Shown: piece after piece, positions 45,853 through 56,686 of the stretch
Position numbering within the stretch: position 1 is the stretch's first letter
Layout: each line of letters begins with the position of its first letter
DNA from: an uncultured Planctomycetota bacterium
GTDB lineage: Bacteria > Planctomycetota > Planctomycetia > Isosphaerales > Isosphaeraceae
Direction: 5' to 3'
Assembly (NCBI GenBank): GCA_963845755.1
Contig: CAWJTV010000020.1
Span: 576,001-640,000 of the forward strand
Length of the DNA: 64,000 nucleotides
Program-made: the position numbers and the translations under genes
Notes under the pieces: generated by a model
The model's input: the letters and a program-made list of their open reading frames with translations, nothing else
Databases searched by the model: none
Told to the model about the DNA's origin: nothing

Positions 45853-46746
45853 ATGACGATAGCGAATCCAGGTGATCAGCCGGACCGCAGATGCGATCAG
45901 CGATCTCCCGCCACAAGACGGTCGTTCCTGGCAATGATGACGGCGCTCATCGGTCCCGCCGCGTCCGCCCAGGACGACTCGGAGGGCCGCCGCAAGTCGA
46001 GCGCGCGCCTGGAGGCGATGCGGCGGTTGGTGAAGGAGGTCAAGGTCTGCGAAGTCACAGAGGGGAAGCCGGGACCGCCGCTGGCGCTCCGACCGGATCC
46101 GCTGCTTCGCTATACGAACCCCACCCTGCGTGTGATCGACGGGACCCTCTGGGCCTGGGGCGAGCGCGGACGGCCGACCGCAGTTCTGAAGCTGGGATTC
46201 ATCAGACAGGAGGGTGATCCGAGCCATTGGCGATTTCGCGTCAACGTGCTGTCGCCGAAGCCGATCGAGGTCGAGTTCCCCGATGGCCCGACCTGGACCT
46301 CGCGAACGCCTGGGCTGGAGCTACGGCCGCTGCCCAACGCGCCGGCGCCGACCGGCTCGGCGGCTCAGCGTCTCGCCCAGGCCAAAGCCATGGCCCGGCG
46401 GTTCTCGGCCAGTGCGAAACCTCTCAATCAGAGCGGCCGGACCCAGTTCCGGCTGCTCACTCAGCCGATCGCTCGATATAGTGACCAGGCAGCCGGTCTC
46501 CTCGACGGGGTGTTTTTCAGTTTCGTCTACACGAACAACCCATCCGTTCTCCTCGTGCTCGAGACCTGGTCGGAGGGCGCCGGAGTGAGCACCTGGCGTT
46601 ACGCCTTGGTCAGGCAGGGCGCAGGCGAGTACTCCGCTCTCCTCGACGGCAAACCGGTCTGGAGCGTGCCGGCCGCCGGCCCACCGGCTGATGCCGGATT
46701 GTTCATCGTACGACAAATGTCCGCAAGCCCAGCGGAACAAGATTGA
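45853..46746 (+). CDS. uncharacterised exported protein family, paralog P1 (Tat-like signal)
   Basis: TRRSFL; DGTLWAWGERGRP, PNAPAP...RLAQ, FRLLTQPIARY, DGVFF..V...P.VLL.LE. Confidence 0.8.
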   Translation: MTIANPGDQPDRRCDQRSPATRRSFLAMMTALIGPAASAQDDSEGRRKSSARLEAMRRLVKEVKVCEVTEGKPGPPLALRPDPLLRYTNPTLRVIDGTLWAWGERGRPTAVLKLGFIRQEGDPSHWRFRVNVLSPKPIEVEFPDGPTWTSRTPGLELRPLPNAPAPTGSAAQRLAQAKAMARRFSASAKPLNQSGRTQFRLLTQPIARYSDQAAGLLDGVFFSFVYTNNPSVLLVLETWSEGAGVSTWRYALVRQGAGEYSALLDGKPVWSVPAAGPPADAGLFIVRQMSASPAEQD

Positions 46747-46868
46747 CCGAATCGAGCCGACGTGGAAGGCTGGAGGGCTACAGGCCCGCACCCGACCACC
46801 TCCCAGGTGATCGACCAAGACTCCCCTGACCCCGAACGGCTCCGACACATATCCCAGGAGATGCCTCT

Positions 46869-47753
46869 ATGGAGCGAGCGATCGGAGATGATCGACGGCA
46901 CCTCACCCTCGAGGAGCCATGCTCCGCCACGAGGCGGTCGTTCCTGGCCATGGTGGCGGCCCTCATAGGCCCCGCTGCGTCCGCCCAGGAAGAGGTCGAC
47001 GACCGCGACCAAGCAACGCGCCTGGAGGCGTTGCGGCGGGTGGCGAAGGGGCTCAAGGTGTGCGAGGTCAGAGAGGGGAAGCCGGGCCCGCCGCTGGCGC
47101 TGCGGCCCGAGCCGTTCCTGCGCTTCAGTTCTCCCGTCTGGAAGGTGGTCGATGGCGCGCTGTGGGGTTGGGGCGAGCGTGGGCGGCCTTCCGTACTCAT
47201 GAAGGTGGTACGCCGGGGACCGAGGCGCGATCAGTTGCACTGGCACGCCAACGTGTCCGTGTTGTCGCCGAGACGGGTGGAAGTTGAGTTTCGCGATGGT
47301 GTGAGATGGTCGTCCCGATTGCCCGGGCTCGAATTGCGGTCCTTCCCCGATGCACCCGCGCCGGCGGACTCGGCGGCCCATCGCTTCATTCAGGCCAAGG
47401 AGATTGCCCGGCGGATCTCGATCAGCACGCAGGTCCCCAATCCGATCGGCCGGGTCCAGCTTCGGTTGCTGCCCCGACCGATGGATCGCTATAGCGACCC
47501 AAAGGTCGGTCTTTGGGACGGAGTGTTTTTCTGTTTCGTCAATGAGAGCTCACCGGCGGTTCACCTGATGCTCGAGGCGTGGTCCGAGGGTGTGGGGGAG
47601 CGCACCTGGCGTTACCTCTTCGCGAGGCAGGGCGCAGGCGAGGGGATCGCCTTCCTCGACGGCAAACAGCTCTGGAGCATGCCGGCCGTCCACTTACCGG
47701 CCAATACGGACTTGTACATGGGGCGACCGCTGCCCGATAGCGCCGCGGAATGA
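46869..47753 (+). CDS. same family, paralog P2 (Tat-like signal; close relative of P1)
   Basis: TRRSFL; EGKPGPPLALRP identical to P1; LRLLPRPMDRY, DGVFF. Confidence 0.8.
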   Translation: MERAIGDDRRHLTLEEPCSATRRSFLAMVAALIGPAASAQEEVDDRDQATRLEALRRVAKGLKVCEVREGKPGPPLALRPEPFLRFSSPVWKVVDGALWGWGERGRPSVLMKVVRRGPRRDQLHWHANVSVLSPRRVEVEFRDGVRWSSRLPGLELRSFPDAPAPADSAAHRFIQAKEIARRISISTQVPNPIGRVQLRLLPRPMDRYSDPKVGLWDGVFFCFVNESSPAVHLMLEAWSEGVGERTWRYLFARQGAGEGIAFLDGKQLWSMPAVHLPANTDLYMGRPLPDSAAE

Positions 47754-48059
47754 TGACGACTTCGCGTTAGTCCTGAGGAATCCGCGAGGATCGCCTCTCC
47801 AGTCGGGTTCGCGCCACGCTGGCGGATGTCCCACGGTCGTGCGACGGACGACTCGGCGCGGTATGCTCAGAGTGACCCGGAAGTGGCGGTTTTCCCGTCC
47901 GACTCAGTTGGACGAGAAAGCGGTCAGGTGTCGTTTTTCGGATGGTTTCGGGGACGATTCCAGGGACGGAACGACGACTCCAGACCAAGCCGGGCCGCAA
48001 CCTCAGCCTGTTTTCGAGATTATCGTCGTTTCGAAAGTGATTTGAGCGAGGGCGCGGAA

Positions 48060-49046
48060 TCAGTCGCGTGCCGAGGGGGCCTGGGGCTTCCGCGCCAGGA
48101 AATACGTATCCTCGGGCGTGGGGACCGCTTTGAACAGATGCGTCCAGACGTCCTGCCGGCCGAGTCGGAGCGTCGGCTCGGCGCGGGTGAGCGGCCCCGC
48201 GGCATACTTCCAGACCGGCGCACTTCCGCCACGTCTCTGCGCCTCGAGGACGAGCAGTACCTCGGGATTGGTGCCGTTGGCGAACGCGAAGACCGCTCCG
48301 TCCATCAGGCCCGATTCCGCATCCGCGTAGCGGTCGATCGGATGAGAGACCGGGCGAAGCGTGTAGTCCTGGGAATTGATGTTGTAGAATTCGGCGCCGA
48401 GAATCGCTTGGCCAGATCTCTCATCTGCCGCAGCCGCTCGGCTTCACCCGCGGCGGGGGCCGGAGCGTCGGGAAACTCGCGGAACGCGAGCCCGCCCTTC
48501 ACGGGTGCCCATCGCAGCCGGCCGTCCGGACGGGGCGGGAACAAGTCCGAGTAAGTCGTGTCGAAATGCTCACCGCCTTCGACCTCGATCGGTCCGATCG
48601 CGAGCGACGTGAACTCGATGCCGCCAGACCGGGCCAAATGCCTTGTTTTGTGGATAGAGCTCGATGGCGAGCACGGCGATCGGCCGGCCCGAAGACCTCC
48701 AGGCCCAGAGCGTGCCGTCGCTGTTCTCGCGCGTCGGGTCGGTCCATCGGTAGAGCGGGTCACGCGTCAGGGCGGCCGGATTTTTTTTGCTGCCGCCGTC
48801 GATCGTAGCGGCCTGAAACGAGGCGGCGATCTGCTTCATCTCGGCGAGGCGCTGAGCTCGGGCGTCCTCCCTCGCGACCGGCGAACTGGGAGCCTGGGCT
48901 GCCGCCCACTGGCCGGCAGCCCCGAGCGCGATGAGCAGCGCGGCGAGCGCGGGCAAACGTCCGGACAGCTGCGGCGCGTCGAGACGCATGGCGGACATAC
49001 TCCGGTGACGAGATGAGCCATGTCCGGTCGGACTGATGTCGTTCAT
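48060..49046 (-). CDS. same family, paralog P3 (frameshifts near 48615 and 48395)
   Basis: PLYRWTDPTR..DGTLWAWRSSGRP; PDAPAPA...RLRQMRDLAKRF; DGAVFAFANGTNPEVLLVLEA, spread over three frames. Confidence 0.8.
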
Positions 49047-49142
49047 GGTTTGGCTTTCTTCGTCGGTGTGAGTTCGCGGGCCGAGAAGCGCCGGGGTACC
49101 AGGATGTCGTAGTAAAGGTCACCGGGGGTTGCGGGTCGTCCC

Positions 49143-49192
49143 GCGTCGATCAAGAGGAGAGCCTCAGGGTTGGTGCCGTTGGCACAGACGAA
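49143..49192 (-). pseudogene. orphan fragment of another family paralog
   Basis: reads FVCANGTNPEALLLIDA right after the P4 stop; differs from P4 at synonymous sites. Confidence 0.7.
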
Positions 49193-49193
49193 G

Positions 49194-50057
49194 TCACGGC
49201 ACGCCCTGATCGCGCCGCATCAATCCGAAGAAGTAGGTTTCCCCCGAGAGATAACCATACTTGTTCGGTGAGGTCCACACATCCTTCCGGTCGAGCTTGA
49301 GTGTCGGCGCAGCCGTGGTCAGGGTCGCGGCGGCGTACGTCCACTTCGGCGGACCGTTGCCTCGCCGACTCGCTTCGATCAAGAGCAAGGCCTCTGGATT
49401 GGTTCCATTGGCGAACATGAAGATCGCACCGTCGATCAGGCCGGAGTCGGCGTCTTTGTAACGGTCGATCGGGTGGGGGAGTAGTCGAAGCGGGTAGTGT
49501 TGTGAGGTGACGTCCCAGAACTCGGTCGCCGAGAACCGCTTGGCCAGTTCGTGCATCTGCCGGAGCCGAGCCGCTTCGCCGGCAGCGGGGGCCGGTGCGC
49601 CGGGAATCTCCTGGAAGATAACTCCGGGCTTTTGGGGTGTCCATCTCAACCTGTCATCGGCCGACTCGACGAGCCCGGTCGAGAGCGAGATGAACTCGAA
49701 CGACCATTGCGAAAGGTTCTCGAGATTGAGCTCGATCGCCAAGGCCGCGACCGGCCGGCCCGAAGACCGCCAGACCCACAAGGAGCCGTCGGGCTTCGCT
49801 CGGGTCGGATCGGTCCAGCGGTGGAGCGGCTCGCGCTCTAACGGGACGGGGATTTTCTTGTCTCCCTCGATCGCGACGGTCTGGAATGCCTTGACGGTGC
49901 GCCTCATTTCTTCGATCCGTTTGGCACTCACGTCGTTCTTGACGGCAGGTGTAGCCGGGTCCTGAGCGCCCGCGTTGCGTTCGGAGCCACCCAGTGCGAT
50001 GGCTAACGCCGTGAACGCTAAGGCCCACTGGAACACACGGGCGAGATGAGGATACAT
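49194..50057 (-). CDS. same family, paralog P4
   Basis: signal peptide; PLHRWTDPTR..DGSLWVWRSSGRP; LRLLPHPIDRY; DGAIFMFANGTNPEALLLIEA. Confidence 0.85.
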   Translation of the reverse strand: MYPHLARVFQWALAFTALAIALGGSERNAGAQDPATPAVKNDVSAKRIEEMRRTVKAFQTVAIEGDKKIPVPLEREPLHRWTDPTRAKPDGSLWVWRSSGRPVAALAIELNLENLSQWSFEFISLSTGLVESADDRLRWTPQKPGVIFQEIPGAPAPAAGEAARLRQMHELAKRFSATEFWDVTSQHYPLRLLPHPIDRYKDADSGLIDGAIFMFANGTNPEALLLIEASRRGNGPPKWTYAAATLTTAAPTLKLDRKDVWTSPNKYGYLSGETYFFGLMRRDQGVP

Positions 50058-50124
50058 GGCGATCGGTCTCCGTAAGAATGAGAGGGCGAGCGCACCCGCG
50101 AGACTGGTCGAGATCGGCCGACAT

Positions 50125-52636
50125 TCATGCCAGGCCGATACGACGGCGCCAGACCCATTCGATCGTGAGCAGGCCGATCAGCAGTACCAGGAGCCATGCC
50201 TGACTCCAGGCGGGAGTCATCTTGACCGACGATGGCCCGATGATCCGCGGCAGCCGCTCGATCATCGCCGTGAGGTCTTTCGCCCCGTGCAGCACGCTGC
50301 CTCCGGATTGACCGGCGATCCGGCGCAGCAGGTCGTGGTCGGGGAGTGGGTTCTGCTGCTCGGACGGGTCGTCCAGGACCTGCACATCGAGCGACGTACT
50401 ATCAACCTGGGTGTTATTCTCATAGGCCGTCAACTCGATCCGCAAGCCCTGAGTCAGAGTGACCCCGGGTGCGACCGATTTGGCATCGGCGATCGGAAGT
50501 GTCGCGCTGTACGACGATTCCGACGTCTGGCGGACGAGGTCGAACTCTTCGCTCCAGGGGAGCAGACGCCCACCGGCTCCGGCCGGCTTTGGCACCTCCT
50601 GGGGACGTAGTAGCGGCGAGTCATCCGACGTGGCATCGCTCGCCGATCTCGGCTCGACCGTCACGGCCACGCGGTACTCGAGCGTCGGCGCCGCGTTCTC
50701 GTCGAACGTCCGGCGCGGAGCACGATCGGCTCGCCGGGCCGATAGAGGAGCTTGTCCGCCTGGGCCAGCAGGCGCCGGCGACCGATTGACGAATTCTCGG
50801 TCAGCCAGTAGACGACATTGCGCCAGAACTTCTTGTAGTATCGCGCGTCCGGCCCACCCCACGACTGGGTGAACTCGCTAGCCCATCGGCGCATGATGGC
50901 CGTGGTCATGGCCATGGTGCGACCGCGGCCATAGGGCTGGACAACGATCGCCGGCGTCCCTTCGCCATTCGCGCCGGCCGAATCCGTCCGGGCCAGCACG
51001 TCGGCCCCCTCTTTGACCCGGCCGACCCGATTGTTCCCCAGGAAGTTGGGCAAGGTCGTGAGCAACGATCGATTCTGCGCCTCGTCCGACGTGATGTGCC
51101 AGATCGGATGCGTCGATTCCGTCGTGATCGGATGGACCGTCGTGATCGTTTCCGCCCAGTCACGAGCGGCGGGGATGAGATCGACGGGGAGCATTCTGCT
51201 GACCGGAGTCTCATTCCACTGGCCGGAGGCAAAACTGTTGGGACCCCCGACCATACAGAGGCCGCCCCCGCGCCGGCCGATCCATTCGTCGATCCAGGCC
51301 AGGTGCTGGTCGCTGAGGGCTTCACGTGGGACGTTGCTCAGGATGATCGCGTCATAGGCGAACAGCTCCGACGGCGTTTCGGGGAGCCCGCGCCCGCGCT
51401 CGTCGCTCCGCACCAGCACCGAGAAATCGCCGCCGGGTCCGCCGGGCATGACGGCCGTGCACTCCACATCCGGATCGGCCATCAGCGCCTCCTGGAGCGA
51501 GGTGTAAGCCCCGCGCACCGGATTGCCCGCGAGCCTCGCGACGAGTTGCTGCATCACGTAGGTGTCGGTCGCTCCTTCCAGATAGAGCACGCGGATCTTG
51601 GTATGGTCGATGGCCAGGTCGGCTCCGAACGCGTTGTTCGAGGTCGACACTTCGCCCGGTTGCGGCTCGATTCGCGCCTCGATCCGAAGATCCTGGTCAC
51701 CCGCCTCGAAAGCCAGCGCGGTACTGTGCCAGGCCATCGCTGAGGACGACTGGAGTACGCGCGAGCTCCACGTCCGGCCTGCCGTCGGCCCCGACCGCCA
51801 TCATCTTCAGCTCGCCGCGTTTGCCCTGGAAACCGTAGCTCCTCACGAAGACCTGCGAAAGGATCCTGGAGAACTTGCGCGCCTGGGTCTGGCGCGACCA
51901 TGCTGACGATGGCGATGTCGCCGCCGACGTCCTCGTCGCCGACCGGCAGGACGTGGAGCGGTACCTTCATCCGGCCATAGGCGTGGGCGATGGCGTCGGC
52001 CTTGTCGAGATCGCGCGCGCGGCCGTCGGAGAAAACCACGACGGCCTGGGGGGGTACCTGGCCGAACCGATCCGCGAGACCTTCGAGCGAGCTACTCAGG
52101 AGCGTGTCGGAATCGGTCGGCGCCGGCGCCGGCTCGGCGGGACGCGGTGGCTCGGCGGCAAGCACGGCACCGGGCGCGCCTCGAGGAATGGGCGTCGAAT
52201 CCGGTTTCCGCCAGAAACCGTCGTTCACGGCGGCGAGGCGGCTCCCGAAGCGGAATGCACTGACCTGGGCCCCGGTGCGGGAGTCAAGCGACTTGTCAAC
52301 GTTGCGGATCGTTTCCAGCACCTGGTCCCAGCGGGTTGGTCCCTTGCCGATCGCCATGCTCTGCGAACTATCCAGGAGGTAGAACACTTTCGGGCGCTCC
52401 ACCGTCCCCGGAGTTTCGTCAACCCTGACGGGATTGAACATGATCAGGGCGAGGATTGCCAGGATCGCCAGTCGAACGACCAGCAGTCCGACACGGCGGG
52501 CCGGCGCGATCGGACGCCCCGACGCCCAGCGCCACAGCGCGAAAACCGCCACGGTCCCCAGGGCCAGCGCCAGGATCAGGCCGACGGAATAGGGTGTTGC
52601 CCAATGAATGCTCGACTTCACGTTCATGGATGCCAT
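50125..52636 (-). CDS. membrane protein with vWA-like and GATase1-like (DUF1355-type) domains (several frameshifts)
   Basis: N-terminal TMs; LLDSSQSM (MIDAS-like), VVVFSDGR; YDAIILSNV, GGGLCMVGGPNSF, YGRGRTMAM; C-terminal TM LLTIEWVWRRRIGLA. Confidence 0.8.
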
Positions 52637-52739
52637 ACTCTGGGTAGGGTGCTCTGCGAGCACCGAAGAGGGCCAGTCGCGCGGATCGGTGCTCGCAGAG
52701 CCCCCTACGCGCTCGCGTGCAATGCGACCGTGAGGCGCT

Positions 52740-52772
52740 CGTACGGCGAGGTCGAGGGCCCCTCGCCGTACG
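52740..52772. other. perfect 12-bp intergenic hairpin
   Basis: CGTACGGCGAGG-N9-CCTCGCCGTACG inside the operon spacer; no U-tract. Confidence 0.45.
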
Positions 52773-52820
52773 CTCGAAATCGGGCGGTTGTTACCAGACC
52801 ATTCCCGGAGTCCCGCCACT

Positions 52821-55800
52821 TCACTTGTTTGTCCCCCCTCCGGAGAGCACCTGGAAATAGCGTTCGACCAGCTCTTTGAATTCGGGTGGTGTCGCCTCGT
52901 CTCGGGCCGATACCATGTCCTTCAGGATCAGGTCCTGGATCTTGTCCTGAATCTGTCTCGCGACGGATGAAAGGGCGATCGCATAGCCTCCGGGGGCGAA
53001 TCGGTCGTAGTGGAAATCCGCGCCCAGCGCCAGCCGCCAGATTCGAGCATTGCGGTCAGTGCGGCGGCGGCGTTGGTCAATCCGGCTTTCTCCAGGTCCC
53101 GGATCAATGCCGTCGCCATCCGGTGCCACTCCTTGATATCCGCCTCGAGCTTGACCGTCTTGAGTTTGTCTGTCAGCTCGGCCAGTCGCTTGTCGAACTC
53201 CACGAGTGCGGCGAGCTCCGGCGCGACGATGCCCCGATGGAGCACGTCGAGCTGGCGGGCAAGCAGCTCCAGGATTCGCGCCAGCTCCTTCGCATCGCGA
53301 CGAGCCTCCGGCTTCTGGCCGCCGAGATGGAGCTCGCCGATGCGCTCGACGCGCTCGACGATCTGGGTGACATCGCCTTCCTCGATCATCTCGCGAATCC
53401 GATCTCTCGTCGAGCCTTCGGCCCGAAGGCTGGCGTCCTTCAGCCACTGCTCGAGGGTCCTGGCGGCCTCCTCCAACCGTTCGATTCGCTCGGCGTCGGT
53501 CAGCGCATCCCAGCCGCTCCCCCCGCGCTGACCCCGGCCGCCGGGACCCGCGTCTCCCGGGCCGTCTTTGCCGGACGAGCCGTCATGGCCCTTTTCGCCT
53601 TTCTCGCCCTGACCGGATGGCGCCTCCTGGCGGCCGGGCTCTGGACCCGCGCCGGGATCCTCGCCGGGCATTCCGCCGAATTGTCCCTCGCGCTCGGCCA
53701 GCTCATCGGCCAGGTCGCGGGCCATGGCCAGCTCCCGTGCGACGTCGCGCGCCAGCTCGCCCTTGACCTGCCGGGCGAGCTCGTGGAGCTGCGCGGCGCC
53801 CGACTTGGTGGTCTCCGTCGCCTCTTTCGTATTGCCGCGGGACAGGGCCCCTGAGGCTTTCTCCGCCGTCTCAGCCGCTTTGGTCATCCGGACCTTCGCC
53901 AGGTCCGATGCGGCTTCGAGCTTCTTCATTTTCTCTTCCAACTCACGGGCCCTATCGACGATCTTTTCCTGCCGTTCCCGGGCCTCGCGACGAGGGTCCT
54001 TCCCGGGCTCTCCGTCCTCCTCTCCGTCCTCCTTATCGCCCTTCTCGCCGGTCTGTCCCCGGCCTTGACCGGCCTTCCCGGCGCCCTTCTGTCCCTTCGC
54101 CTCCTGTTTTTTCTTCGGCTCCTCCGCCTTCTTCTCGGCAGGCTCTTCCTCCTTCTTGGCCGCCTCGTCCTCCGACTCCGCCGGTCCGTCTGACTTCCCT
54201 TCGGCGGCCTCCTGTTCGATCATCAACCCGGAGAGCGTGGCATAGACGAAGTCTTCTTCCTGGGCCAGCTCTTCGATTCGCTCGGCGATCTCTTCGGCTT
54301 CTTCCGCGTCCTTCTTGGGCTTGCGGATCTTCTGGGCCTGCTGGCGGTCGAATTGGCGCACTTTCTGGCTGGCCTGGGTATCCTGGCCGATGAGAACCTG
54401 CAGCGTGAGGCGCGCTTCGATGAGGTGCCGCAGGGCATCCCCCATGTGGCCAGGAGCCCGCATGTTCTGGCCATGATCGAGTGCTGCTACCGCCGCCAGC
54501 ATGGATTCCTCGGCCGCGTGCAGGGGCTCGACCCGCTGACCGACGATCCCCTCGACGCCCTCGGTGAACTCGCGGGTCATCTGGACCAGCATCTCCTCGA
54601 AGCCGGCGATCTTGAGCGGGTCCTCCGCCATGGTCTTATCGGTCGGCTTATGCCTGGCCAGCCGATTGGCCCGGTTCAGGTTGAAACGCTGGCGGGCGAT
54701 CAATTCGGCCAGTGTGGCGAATTCATCTTCCGCCTCCATTCCGGCGTCGGAAGAATCGGCTAGCTTGTACTCGCGTTTGAACGGGCGGATGTCGATGTAG
54801 CGCAGGTCGGTCTCGGTCCGCTTCGCGCCGGCGGGGTAGTTGTCCTCGGCAAACGCGTAGTAGGTCAGGCTGTCCGTCGACTTCGCGGCAAGTTTCTCCA
54901 TCATGAGCATCTCCTGGATTGCCGCGGTGGTCACGGAAGTTGTCGTCTCCTTTCCGAAGTCCTTGAGGATCAGTGTCTGCTCGTCCCCATTGTTGAACTG
55001 GAACACGATTCCGGCCCTAGTCAGTCCAAAGTCGTCACCCACGCGGACGCGGTTCAAGACCTCGGCGACGGGATGGACTTCCAGGGCCTCGTCGGGCTGC
55101 TCGAAGGTCACGCGCGGCGGGCGATCCTCGAGGACCTCGATCTTGTACCGCGTTTTCGGCAACGCCCGACCATCCGGAGTGATCGCATCGATCTGATAAA
55201 TTGAGCTCTTGGTCAACTTGAGCCCGGCGGTGTGGGCGATGCTGTTTGACCCAACCTTGAGCTCGAGCGGAATGACCCGCGGCGCGGGCGGCTCTTTGCC
55301 CTTCCGCGGGCGGACCGATGGATCGGTCATGACCAAGGATGCCTTGGCCGGCGGGGAATCGAACGCGATCTGGAACGTCGCATCGGTCCCCTCGACGACG
55401 CGCAGATCGCCGCCCTTCACCATGCTGGGCTTGATACCCGTGTATGAGGGCGGAGCCAGGTCCACCTCGAAGGACTTGATCGCCAGCGGCATGCGGACCC
55501 CGATCCGGAACGTCGGGCTCGATATCGAGCCGGCGACCACGCGGTATTCCAGCGACTCCTTGATCTTCTCCAGTCTTCGCGCGTGATTCGGGCCGTCGCC
55601 ACGGTCCGGGGCGTCGAGCCGAGTGGCTTTCCAGTCCACGTCCGCCTGCTTTTCCGGGCGGGTGAAGAGGACAACATCGCGCGTGAGCCGCCCGGCGATG
55701 GCCACCGTAATCGGCAGGATTTTCGAGGGGAGGTCCTGCCCCGCGTCCGAACGCGTGGACGAGACGGCATCCGGTTTGAGTTGCCCGCCCCGTGCCACGA

Positions 55801-56441
55801 CGATCGGGACGTCATCTCCCTGTTCGACCGTGAGATTCCCCGGAGCAACGGTCAAGGTCGTGTATGGTCGACGGCTCAGGAGTGCCCGCTGGAGCGCAAT
55901 GCGCCACTCCCGATCGGTCGTCGTGGCGATGATCAGCATGAGTGCCGGCAGTGCCGCCAGCGCCGCGATGGCCCAGATGCGACGCCAGGGCACGATCCGA
56001 TCCAGCGGGAGCGGCTCCGCCTGGATTTCCGTATCTTCCTCCAGCGCGTCCACGAGACTGGGAGTGACGCCCTCGGCATGAAGGCTCGTCTCGGTTAGAC
56101 CGGCATACTGGACGACGGTCCGGATTCGCTGGCCGAGCTGAGGGAAGCGGCTCTCGATCTCGGTGGCGGTTCGCCGCCTGGTCCACCATCGCAACGGCGA
56201 GATGACTCGCGACCAGAACATGATGAGCGTCGCGACCAGGACCCCGACGAGTCCGACCGCTCGCGTGTTCCAGGGCAATTCCAGGCGGTAATCGGCCAAG
56301 GTCAGGAGGGCCAAGCCGAGTGCACAGGCCAGGAACGACCAGCCCAGACCCTCCCGGACCTGGTATCGACGCAACGAGGTCCAGATGTGTTGGAAGCGCG
56401 AGGAACGTCAGGTCCCTCAGTTCGGAAGTCGCGAGGCTCAT
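52821..56441 (-). CDS. large membrane-anchored protein with Ig-like and coiled-coil regions (DUF4175-like; frameshifts near both ends)
   Basis: N-terminal TMs, IESRFPQLGQRIRT, PPSYTG, EDRPPRV, DDFGL, IDIRPFKREY, long helical tail ending PPEFKELVERYFQVLS. Confidence 0.75.
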
Positions 56442-56463
56442 GATCGTCCCTTTCAAATACCCC

Positions 56464-56632
56464 TCACCACAGAGGCACAGAGAGCACTAAGAAGGCAAGA
56501 AAACGATTCATTCTGATCTCGGCGTTGATGGAGGACGCATCGCCTCCCCACCCGAGGGAAGTGATACCCGATGGGTTCACGCGAGTACGACGCGTGCCGG
56601 TCTTCTCTGTGTTCTCTGTGACTCTGTGGTGA
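56464..56632. repeat. REP-like inverted repeat doublet (CACAGAG type)
   Basis: TCACCACAGAGGCACAGAGAGCAC ... GTGTTCTCTGTGACTCTGTGGTGA, between operon genes. Confidence 0.7.
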
Positions 56633-56686
56633 ATGTTTTCAAACATATTCACACCGGTCTTAAGTCCCTGGAGCAAGACAAAGCAA

